Of a stretch of 64,000 bases of DNA, positions 34,224 through 45,000 are shown piece by piece. Made by a program: the position numbers and the translations under genes. The notes under the pieces are model-generated. The model was not told the origin of the DNA. It saw only the letters and a program-made list of their open reading frames with translations, and ran no database searches. The stretch is from the NCBI GenBank assembly GCA_977017575.1, contig CDRNVI010000164.1:186001-250000 (forward strand), read 5' to 3'. Within the stretch, counting starts at the first letter, position 1. The number at the start of each line of letters is the position of its first letter. This DNA comes from Paramoeba atlantica (lineage: Eukaryota; Protista; Discosea).

Positions 34224-34307
34224 AAGTGGAAGGTTTGATTTTGATGATATTTCAATCTCGAATTTGTCAATTTCCTTCTCACGAGGCAATCAGGACATCT
34301 CGCAATA

Positions 34308-34430
34308 CTACTGCAACTCGAAGAATAAGAGACCCTCCATTTCTCTTCTTTTGCAATTTTGGTATGCAATATCAATCCCCATAAACAAAAATAAAAAATA
34401 ATCACAAAAACAATTAAGCTTTTTGGAGAA
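34308..34430 (+). repeat. Segment X, second copy (candidate DIRS empty-site homolog)
   Basis: Matches 30386-30510 and is preceded by TCGCAA, the hexamer found immediately left of the DIRS element. Confidence 0.85.
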
Positions 34431-34471
34431 CCTTTTACAAGGGAAGAAAGAGTAGTTATCTTCACAACACA

Positions 34472-34740
34472 TCAAACCCAAACAACTTCAAATTCTTCCC
34501 CCTCCTCACTACTGTCTTCTTCATCCCCTTCCTCTGCATCAACTTCTTCCTCCTCACCTTCCTCTTCTTCTTCCTCGCTTCCTTCTTCATCGCTTTCCTC
34601 TCCATCAACTTCTTCCTCTCCCCCTTCTTCATCGCATTCTCCTTCATCATCATCCTCTTCTTCCTCGCTGCTTCCTTCTTCATCTCCGCTATCGTCTTCG
34701 TCTTCGTCTTCAGAGAGACCTGTGTTAAAAACCAGAAACC
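34472..34740 (-). other. Asp/Glu-rich low-complexity ORF or orphan exon between the convergent TRIM genes
   Basis: GLSEDEDEDDSGDEEGSS..EEGEEFEVVWV* follows a cag acceptor. No convincing upstream start exon found. Confidence 0.35.
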
Positions 34741-34920
34741 TTGTGAGAAGAGAAGAGAAAAAAAGGGGAAGGAACATGACGAATTGACACAGCAATCAAA
34801 CAACAAATTCCCCTTCATCAATTACTCTCTTCACTCCCTTTGTTTGCTCAAAAACATGAAATTATTTTGAAAAAAAACTTCAAAGAAAAGACAAAATATC
34901 AGGGAAACACAAAAAAAAAA

Positions 34921-36322
34921 CTACCAACCTTCCTCTTCCAAATCAATCTTAAAACTGTACAATTCAACCGATTCCAATTCACTATCCAAAACAAAAATTG
35001 AACCATTTGAATCAACAACAACTCCAGTAGGATGCTCCAAATTACTTTCACCAAAAGAAAAGAGAAATGTCCCATCTTCCTCAAACACACTCACTCTCTT
35101 TCTCATTGCATCAGCAACAACAATACGACCTTCCCCATCCACATCCACATCAATTGGAAGGTCGAAATCAAATGGAGAGTCTGTTTCATCATCTCCTCCC
35201 AAACTACGAATAAAATTCCCTTCAATATCCATCACTTGAATTCGAAAATTAAATTTATCACAAATAACGAGATGTCCCTCTCTTCTATCAATCGCAACTT
35301 TCGCAGGAGAGTGAAATTGACCTTCAGCAGACCCAGAAGTACCAAAAGAACGAATAAAACATCCATCATTGTCAAATACTTGAATTCGATTGTTCCCAGT
35401 ATCTGCAACAATAATATGGCCTTCTGCATCAACAACCACACCCTGTGGATTGTTGAATTGACCAGATTTAGAACCTTCAGATCCAAACGATCTCAGAAAT
35501 TCTCCTTCTTTGTCTAATACTAAAACTTGTTCCTCAGACAGAATCACAATTTGATCACCTAATCCAATTGTCAAAGCGACTAAATTCAGAGGAAGAGAAT
35601 TGATTGCTTCTTCAACTGATTCGATCGCATTCCTTTCTCTGTCTCTCACTCTCACAAAACATTCTTCTTGATCGGCATCAGTAGCAATAATAAATAAAGT
35701 CCCATCACTGTTCATACTCAATCCACTGTGGAAGTCCTCTTCGCCAATAAAAAGAGAAGAAACATAACCAACTCCATCACAACAAATCGATCCCTTCTTT
35801 GGTAACCCATATCCACAACAATCCACCACTGCTTCATCAATCTCAGAAGCAGTTTGAAGAAGAGTGGAAAAGAGTTGTTCATCAAAAAAGAATGAAATAT
35901 CAGTTGGTGTGATGCTTGATAATCGAATAATTGAATCTTTTCTCATTTTCAAATCTTCTTTCTCTAATTCTATTTCTTTCTTTTCACCTCTTTTCTTTTC
36001 CAATTTTTTTTCTAATTCTTTCACTTCTTCCTCAATTCTTTTATCCTCCGTTTCGATCTCCTTCAATCTGTTTTCTACTTTCGCTCCCATTTTCAAAACT
36101 TGTTCTCTTCTCTTTTCAATCGTCCCTTCAACCGAACTCACTTCCTTATTATGATTAACATGCTTTTCAAGAACACACTGAAGACAAACAAGAACAGAAC
36201 ATTCAAAACAAAACCCACTAATTCTTTCAGACGGGTGTTGTAAACATCTTTTCATCTTCATCATCTCCAATCCATCACCAATACTCCCACCATCTCCCCC
36301 AATAATTTGAGTGGTTTGAGGA

Positions 36323-36357
<35 letters not shown>

Positions 36358-37193
36358 TCGAATGTGGTTTCGAGTCGCAAAATAAGAAGAGTGAGAAGAA
36401 TTACAAGTGTCACAAATGAACATTTTACAATCGGAGCAATACATTTGAGTTCGTTCTCCACATACTTCAAAATTATCACATTTCATTTTGCTCTGATTTC
36501 CTAATTCTTTTTGATTTAACAAAACGCTCGACTCAAAGAAAAAGAAAAAGAAAAAGAAAAAGAAAAGAAAAAAGAAAAAGAGTAAAAAGAATAAAAAAGA
36601 AGGAAAAAAAGTAAAAAGAAAACAATGAAGGAAAGGGGATTGAAACTTGACTGTTGTTGATGAGGTAAAGAGATCACTTTTGAAGAAACAAGAACATCAA
36701 TCGTTTCAGGAATTAAGAAATTGAATTCAAATGATTCTATTGATTCACATTCATTCGCTTTTCGACACACAGGACATCTCACAACACCACCACTCGAACG
36801 AGAAGACAAAGAAGATGAAGATTGAGGAGGAGAAGGAGAAAGAGAAGGGGAAGAGGAAGAGGAAGGGGAAGAGGAAGTGGGAGCTGATGATGATGAAGAA
36901 GACCTCTCAGAAGAGGGTGAAGAGGAAGAAGAAGAAGAAGAATGGGGTTGAAAGAGTTTAGAGAGACAAGGAGAACAAAAGGAATGAGGACAAGAAAGAA
37001 GAGTTCTTGGTTCCTTTTCCCAACACATCAATTCCAAACAAACTCCACATTCAAATCCTTTTTGCCCATCTCTCTCTTCCTTCTTTTCTCTTTTCATCTT
37101 TCTCCTCCCTTCTAATTCTTCCTCACTACTTTCAGTTTCTTCTCTCTTTCTCTTTCCTCTTTCACTCGGACACCTCCTAGCCACCCTCCTCAT
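34921..37193 (-). CDS. TRIM-NHL-like E3 ligase, copy 2 (inverted duplicate)
   Basis: RING exon nearly identical to copy 1, one phase-1 intron, B-boxes, coiled coil, NHL repeats FNNPQGVVVDAEGHIIVADTGNNRIQVF; polyQ insert. Confidence 0.92.
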
Positions 37194-37433
37194 CTTTCAA
37201 AAACCAAAAAACAAAGAAAACAACAATAATACAACAAGTTTCCAACAACAACGAAAACGAAAAAGAAACGAAAAAGTAACGCTAATTTTAGAGCTCTTTT
37301 TGTCTTGAGAAATCATTTTGTCTGAAAAGAGAGATTGTTGGACCAACAATCCATGTAATCCAAGAGAGAAATGGAACTCAAAATTTCTTTCTTTCTTTTT
37401 TGGTTGAGAAACAATAAAGACCTCGCCACTTGT

Positions 37434-39338
37434 TTACTTATTGCTTGTAAAATTTTTCATTTTTTCCCAATTTTTCATTTCATTTTTTGGAGCTGGTTTG
37501 ATATTTTTGCCCTACAAAACCAATCAAAAATGTTAAAAGAAAAAGCAGTGAGAGAAAAGAAATCAAACCCTTTCTTGAAATCTCTTGATCAGTTGAACAA
37601 CCCCATCACCTTTTGCGAGGTCGAAGGCTGTATCTCCGCCCTGACAAAAAAGAAAGTCCAAAAAAAAAGAGCCACTCACTCCACACACTCCCCCCAAATA
37701 ACAATCAAAACTTGATGAGAAAAAGAGAGAGAAAGAGAAAGAAAATCAAAACATTATCTTGGAGATGAATGTCGGATCCATGATCAAAAAAATTTCCACA
37801 ATTTTTTCAAAATCATTGTAAGCAGCTTTGTGAAGAGGGGTCTGTGCTCTCTTTACAAAGAAAAATTTTGTTAAAAGAAAAATCACACAACCAACACAAC
37901 AGTCAATATTTGATGAAATAACAAAACCAAAATTTGAATAAGAAAATCAAAACTTCATCTTGAATATCAACATTCGCTCCATGTTCAAGAAGAATTTTCA
38001 CTATTTCTTCATAACCAGACTCAGCAGCCCAATGGAGGGGAGTCTCTTTAAACTTAACAAAAAGAAATTAAAAAAAAAAAGAACAAAAAAGAAAAAGAAA
38101 AAGAAAATTAAAACTCGATCTTGAAGATCAACATTCGATCCATGTTCAAGAAGAATTTTTACAATTTCTCGAAAACCATGGGAAGCAGCGAGGTGAAGAG
38201 CAATCTGTCGACTCTAAAGAAAAAAAAGGACAAAATAAATCACACAATCATCACATCAAAACAATCAAACAAAAACAAAAATGAAAGAGAAAAAGAAAAA
38301 TCAAAACTTTGGTTTGAAGATGAATGTTGGATCCAGGTTCAAGAAGAATGTTTATAATTTCTTTAAAACCATACGCAGCAGCTAAGTGAAGAGCAGTCCA
38401 TCCATCCTGAACAAAAAAAAGAACAATAAAACAGATTATATCAAACATTTCAAAATTAAATAAAAATGAAATAAAAAACATGCTCATAAAAATCATCACT
38501 TGCTCCATATTCAAGGAGAACTTTCACAACTTCTTTAAACCCTTTCCAAGCAGCTAAGTGAAGAGCAGTCTGTCCACGCTAAAAACAAAATGAAAAAACA
38601 ATCAATGAAAGTAAACAACAACAAAACAAAAATGAGAAAGGGAGAAAAAGAGAGGGAAATAAAAAGAGAGGAAAAACAAATTGAAAAGAAGAAAAAGAAA
38701 ATCAAAAACTTGATCTTGAAAATCAATGTCAGATCCATGTTCCAGAAGAATTGTCACAATTTCTTCACCACCATTCTCAGCAGCTTTGTGAAGAGCGGTT
38801 TGTCCAGCATAAACTCCATCCTGAAATTGTTTTGAAACCAAACTCAAAACACAACCATCTCACCCTCTCTCTCATTGTATCAAAACAATCATGAAAAACA
38901 AAAACAAAGAAAAAGAAAAACAAATATAAAACAAAAAAATTGAAAGAAAAACAACAAAAGAAAAAGAAAGACATTGGTTAGAAGATGGACATTGGATCCA
39001 TGTTCAATCAGAATTTTCACAATTTCTTTCAAACGTTTCTCAGCAGCTTTGTGAAGAACGGTCATTCCCTCCTGAACAAAAAAGAAGTTTTCAAAAAAGA
39101 TTTGTTTCAAAAATCAAAATAAATCACACACAATTCTCGAACTCTCAAGAACAACAACAAGAGAGAAGAAATAGAAGAAGAAAAAAAATCAGTTTTTTGA
39201 AACCTTGTCTTTGAATTGGAAGTTCAGATCAAGTTTGTGGTTTGGTTTTTGAAGAAGAACTTTGACAAGTTCTTCATCTCCATTCTCAATAGCAACAAAA
39301 AGAATCTAGTTTTCTGATATATTTTCCTCTTCTGTCAT
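37434..39338 (-). pseudogene. Ankyrin-repeat gene with one repeat per exon; premature TAG and a homopolymer frameshift (pseudogene or assembly errors)
   Basis: Exons such as GMTVLHKAAEKRLKEIVKILIEHGSNVHLLTN, ETPLHWAAESGYEEIVKILLEHGANVDIQDE and GGDTAFDLAK, then GKNIKPAPK..*. In-frame TAG at 39308-39306; a 7-T run near 37786-37792 breaks the frame. Confidence 0.7.
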
Positions 39339-39404
39339 TCTTTGTGTTTTTTGTGAGAGAAAGAGTCAAATTGTCGACCTAGGGGCTCAGAATAAGAATC
39401 GAAA

Positions 39405-39740
39405 GTTGCCAAAAAAAGTTTGTTTTGTTTGTTCCTTTTTCGTTATTTTTTCTTTTTCTTTTTCTTTTTCTTTTTCTTTCTTTTTCTCTTTTCTTTGTTT
39501 TTTCTTTTCTTTCTTTTCTTTTTTTTTCTTTCTTTTTTCTTTTCTTTCTTTTTTCTTTTCTTTTTCTTTTTCTTCTTTTTGTTTTTCTTTCTTTTTCTTT
39601 TTCATTCTTTTCTTTTTCTCTTTTTCTTTCTTTTTCTTTCTTTTTCTTTCTTTCTCTCTTTTTCTTTTTCTTTCCTTTTTCTTTTTTTTTCTTTCTTTTT
39701 CTTTCTTTTCTCTCTTTCTTTCTCTTTTTTTATTATTTAT
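39405..39740. repeat. Long polypyrimidine (T4-5C)n low-complexity tract
   Basis: About 330 bp that is almost entirely T/C on the + strand. Confidence 0.85.
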
Positions 39741-39744
39741 TCAG

Positions 39745-40324
39745 CAAGAAAGAACTACAAAACTCAAATTCAATTTTCAATTGGTTGTACAAATGACAAG
39801 TGTACTTTTAAACTCTTCGGGGTCTTTTCTCATTGTGGAGATTTTGGTTTTCTTTCTTTTCTTTCTTCTATTATCTTCTTTTCTTTTCTTATTTTCTTTT
39901 TTCTTTCCATTTCAAAAAAGGAGAAAGATATTATTCTTGCAGTGAACATATTTGTCTTAACCATTCATGCCAACTAAAGACTTTCTACAAAAAGTTTGCA
40001 CTTTCTTCAAATGAATTGACGCAATTGAGGAGGATTGAAGATCTTCTTCGTGAAACTCTTGAGCCTTCTTATTCTCAAATTGAAAATGCTATTGTTGATG
40101 CCCTGCCTATTACTTTGGGAGAATTGAAAAATATGAAAATGAACTTCCTTTGTTCATTTTTTGCAACTATCAAAAAAGCAAGAGAGGTAAATTTATTAAT
40201 TTTTTCTTTTTTCTTTTTTTTTTTCTAATTGTTTGAATAGAATCTTTATGGTTCATTTGAGGAAGGAGTTTCAAAACTCCCTTCCTTACAATCTTGGCTT
40301 GATCTTCAAGGATGCGCAAAGTAA
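39745..40324 (+). mobile_element. Mutator-like (MULE) transposase N-terminal fragment, with introns, truncated before the DDE core
   Basis: Spliced IGCTNDKCTFKL..HICLNHSC fits the MuDR C-x4-C..H-x-C zinc finger. KKARENLYGSFEEGVSKLPSL matches the MuDR-type 'YGS.EE...LP' segment. Stop at 40322-40324; no TIRs found. Confidence 0.55.
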
Positions 40325-40351
40325 AGTTGGTCTATGAGCAGTTAGGGAAGA

Positions 40352-40907
40352 ATGAGCTTTTGATCACACTCGCCCAGCTGTTGCTGCTGGCGTTGTTGGT
40401 TTAGCACAACAGGCATTGGATGAGGCTCGCCAGTATGCTTTGGAACGAAAGACCTTTGGAACTCATATCGCAAATCACCAGGTAATTTCTCTAAAATCTT
40501 CAAAAATTCTCTTTCCAAAAGAGCCAACCTTTTTTCACATTTAGGCAGTCGCGTTTATGATCGCTGAAATGGCCATGGGGATCGAAGCTTCTCGTCTCTT
40601 AACCTTGCGAGCAAGTTGGGAAATTGACCAAGGGAGGAGAAACACCTACTTTGCATCTTGTGCAAAGGCACTCCCTTCTGATGTTGCAATGAAGTCTGCA
40701 ACCGACACCTGTTCAGGTTTTCAAAAAAAAAAAACACAGTTCTTGTAACCCTTTTATTCATTTTCCCGACAGATCTTTGGAGGAAATGGCTACAACACCG
40801 AATATCCAGTCGAAAAATTGATGCGTGATGCCAAGATCTTCCAAATTTATGAAGGAACTTCGCAAATTCAATGTGTGATCATTTCAAGGGAGCTTCTCAC
40901 ACAATAA
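40352..40907 (+). pseudogene. Medium-chain acyl-CoA dehydrogenase C-terminal fragment (5'-truncated, frameshifted, introns retained)
   Basis: [37 protein letters not shown]|AVAFMIAEMAM..RRNTYFASCAKA..ATD|[33 protein letters not shown]. In-frame TGA just upstream; 1-nt insertion near 40708. Confidence 0.85.
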
Positions 40908-42032
40908 GCCAACAAAGGAAAGCAAAAATTTGAAGTGAATAAAAAAAGTTTATTTCAAATATTCTGAGTTAACTTGCCTTGCACTCCAATCCTTGGTTTC
41001 GTACGGGAACCTGGACAACTTGTGAGAAAGGAAAAAAGAACAACAGGATTCGACGATACAACAATAAGATCAGAAACGAGGAATTCATATGCTCCTTCAG
41101 GGAAAATCAGGCAACATGGGTGAAGGGGTCATCAGGAAAGAAAGGAAACCAAAGTTCAAAAAAAAAGAAACCTGGAAAGAAAAGTCAGAAAAAAAACAAA
41201 AAAAAAGAGAAAGAAAGTGATAGAAAAAGATCAGGAGAAAAGGAGTTCTGTCAATCCCCATGGTTTTGTAAGACTGGGGCGACAACTTGGGTCATCATTT
41301 CAGAAAGAAACACAACAACAAAAGAAAAAGAAAGGAACCTGAAAAGTTTGATCGTCGAAAGAAGGAAGTCGAAAAATGGAGCCTCGAAAACCGTTCCGCC
41401 AAAAGTATTCCGGAATTTCAAAAAAGGAAAAACCTAAAAAGAACCATAAAAATCGAGGGTCATGCCACAATACTGCGACTTATGATTTGTGTGACTACCC
41501 TTGACAATATTGACAAGTTTCTGTCGAAAAAACTTTTTCTCCCCCTTTCCTTTTTTTTGCACCAACCACAGCGTGTTTTTTCAGCTGAACATTTTAAGTT
41601 GAGAGTGAAGGAGATCTAAATGAATCAAAAAAAAAGATATCCCGGTGGCTATTTCACACCAACACCCCCCACGGAAGAGAAGAGTCATCGACGCGGCGTG
41701 TTTTTTGATTATTTGCCTAAAAAAGATGTTGTTTGTTTGATATTCTGACATGGTGATAAAATATCATGAAAAATAATATATTTTTTAGAGTGCTAAATTT
41801 TTCACAGCCTTGTTTCTGAAAAGAGAGATTGATCGACACCTTGCTCTCTCAGTCTCTCGCCTTCTCTCTCTTCAAACTCCTCCCTTCAAATGTTTCTTTC
41901 CCTTTGACCCAATGGAAATAAAACTTCAAAAACATTTTTGATCCAACAACTTTTTGATGAGATCAACCTTTTTATTTTTCTCTCAAATCTTTTTTTTTAA
42001 AAAAGAAAATTAAAAGTGGAAGAAAAAGAGGA

Positions 42033-45000
42033 TTACATATCAATTCTTAAGACTGCCCTCTTCTTTCCACTGTCAGCTCCACCTTGGTTCTTCTTTTTTG
42101 CTTTCAGAGCAGCCAGTGGGTCTTTCTTTTTTTCTTCTTCTCCATTTGGTGATTCTTCTATATTCAAAAAAAGGAAAAAGGAAATCAATTATTATCAATT
42201 CTTTTGGGAATTATTATCAATTCTGAATTTGTTTCCATTTAAAAAGAGAGAAAACCTTGCGCAGGAGCCGCAGAACCCCCAGCTTTCTTTTTTGCTTTCA
42301 ATGAAGCAAGAGGATCTTTCTTTGGAGGTGCACCAACAGTTGCCGCTCTCATTCTTTGCTCATCAATTTCTGATTCTCCTGTCTCATCACCTGTTTTGCA
42401 TGTTTTGTTAACAGAGTTTGAGTGGAAAGAAATCAAATATCAAAGATCAAAGTACCTTTTGCAGCTCGACGAGCTTTGAGGGCAGCCAATGGATCTGGTT
42501 TGTTTGCTGTTTCTTCAACAACTTCTGAAAAAAGGACAAATTATTCAAAACTTCTCGAAAATTAAGAAAAGAGAGAAAAACCTTCTGGTACAACCAGTTC
42601 ATAACTCGATTTCGTTGCTTTTCTTGCTTTAAGAGCTGCCAATGGATCTGGTTTCTTCGTTGTTTCTTCAACAACTTCTGAAAAAAGGACAAATTATTCA
42701 AAACTTCTCGCAAATTAAGAAAGAGAGAAAAACCTTCTGGTACAACCAGTTCATAACTCGATTTCGTTGCTTTTCTTGCTTTAAGAGCTGCCAATGGATC
42801 TGGTTTCTTTGGTTCTTCTTCTTCCACTTGATAGAAAAGTTAGATAAAGAAGCAAATCTTGAAAAAAAAAAGAAAAAGACATACCAACTGTGTCCATTGA
42901 TTCATCAGAATCTGGTGCCTCTGATTTCGTTGCTTTTCTTGCTTTGAGGGCTGCCAAAGGGTCAGGTTTCTTGGTTTCTTCAACAATTTCTAAAAAAAAA
43001 AGATTGAGACACGAAAGGAGAAAGAAGAGAAAGCTCAAAAGCTCAACCTTCTGAATCTTCCGATGTTTGTGTGCCCTCAGAGTCAGGCGATGCAGCTATT
43101 ATTCAATTTTATTTGACGAAACAATTCAAAAAGAAAAGTTTGAATCTCAAAAACAAACCTTTTGTCGCTTTTCGTGCTCTAAGTGCAGCAAGTGGGTCAA
43201 CTTTTGGAGCCTCTTCTGAAAACAACAAAATTAGCATCAAGGCTTACGAAAAAAACAAACAGAAAGGGAAAGGGAACCAGAATTCTCCGCCTCTACATCA
43301 AGAACAGGGGCAGAAGCTAAAATAAAAGAACAGTTAAATGAAAAGAAATCAAGAAAAGAGAAAAGAAGACGAAAAAGAACCGAATTTTGCAGATTTTCGA
43401 GCTTTAAGAGTAGCCAGAGGATCAATTTTTGGTGCTTCTGAGTCTTTTACACACAGTTAGAAAAAGAACACATGGAAATCAAAACAAAAGAAAAGAAAAA
43501 CCTTCTTCAGAATCACCTGTACTTGGAGAATCTGACAATTCAAAGAGAAAGGAAGAGTTAGAGCAGGAATAAATTTCCAAAGAAAGAGAAAGAAAGAAAT
43601 CAAAACCTGCTTGAGCTGCTTTTCGAGCTTTGAGAGCAGCAAGGGGATTGGGTTTTGGTGCATCTTCTTCAGAAACCTCACTTGGGGCATCTAGAATGAA
43701 AAAAAAAAGAGATTAGATTAAATAAAAAGTATTGAATCCCTCAATCTCTCTCTTCTTTTTTCTTTTGAAAGAGAAAATGTCACCGCCATCTCCTTCAACT
43801 TTTGCCTTGAGCGCAGCCATGAGGGGGTTTGGTGCAGCTCCCTAAAGAGAAATCGTAAATATCAAAATTCTAATTTCAACTTTTCTCCAACAAACACAAC
43901 AGGACAATCTACTCTTTTTTCCCACATTTGCAATCAAAAGTACCTTGGTTGGACGGCGGAGTGCCTAATCAGACGAAAAATGAGTCATTTTATTTAAACA
44001 CATCAAAAAGAAAAAAGAAAAAGAAAAACAAACGCCAGCAGAAAGAACAGCTGCTCCAATTCCAGCCATTCCCATTCCAGCCATTCCCAATGCTTTTGCT
44101 GCCGACGTATTTAAGGGGTCTTTCAACTATTAAAATAAAATAACATAAGAAAAGAAAAAGAAAAAAGGAGTTTTTTTAATTCATTTGATAATAAAAAGAG
44201 GAGAAAAAAAGAGAGAAAGGTACTGATCGAGGAGAGCAAGATGGTTCTGTAACAGCAATAGATACAGCAGGTCGAGCACGTCGGACTGCATTCTTCCTTG
44301 CTCGGCTATGAAAACAAATTATTTTTAAGAGAGAAGGGAGAGGAAGAGGGAATGAAAAGAAAAAAGAAGAGAGAGAGAAAAAGAGGATGTGGATAGCAAA
44401 AAACCTTGGGCGATTTTTCGTAAAGTGGGACAAATGAGAGGACAATTTCCTGCCTTGTGAATCAATCGCCAAACTCAACACAGACGCTTTTTTTTCTTCC
44501 TTTTCTTCTCTTTTATGGCCACATTCTGCACAGAAAACGTCCTCTTGTTCGTTAATTTCGTTACATTTCGCACACAAATATTGTCCTTCTTTTAATTCTT
44601 TCTCTTCTCTTTTATGACCACATTCCGCACAGAAAACGTCCTCTTGTTCGTTAATTTCGTTACATTTCACACACAAATATTGTCCTTCTTTTAATTCTTT
44701 TTTCCCCTCTTCTTCTTTCTCTTCTTCTTTTTCTTGTTTCTCTTCCTCTTTCTCTTCTTCTTTCTCCTCTTGTTTATGGCCACATTCCGCACAGAAAACG
44801 TCCTCTGCTTCGTTAATTTCGTTGCATTTCGCACACAAATATTGTCCTTCTTTTAATTCTTTCTTCCCCTCTTCTTCTTTCTCTTCTTCTTTCTCTTCTT
44901 TTTGCTTCTCTTCCTCCTCTTCTTTCTCTTCCTTTTTCTCTTCCTCGATCTCTTGCACTTCTTTCTCCTCTTTCTTCAGTCTCTCTTCTTCCTCTTCTTT

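Noticed and set aside
39266-39338. Stop-codon reassignment (TAG read-through) to explain the ankyrin lesion
   Set aside because: TAG, TAA and TGA all terminate well-supported genes here (EFM7-like TAG, large ankyrin TAG, RRP41), and the same gene has a second, independent lesion.
39387-39977. F/S/L-rich and K/E-rich ORFs over the T/C tract
   Set aside because: Low-complexity artefacts of the polypyrimidine run.
39386-40968. CTCAGAATA inverted match as MULE TIRs
   Set aside because: Only 9 nt in AT-rich DNA, with no extension and no TSD.
40975-41465. Possible small multi-exon gene on the minus strand (MTLDFYGSF..)
   Set aside because: Could not build a consistent spliced frame or recognise a domain.
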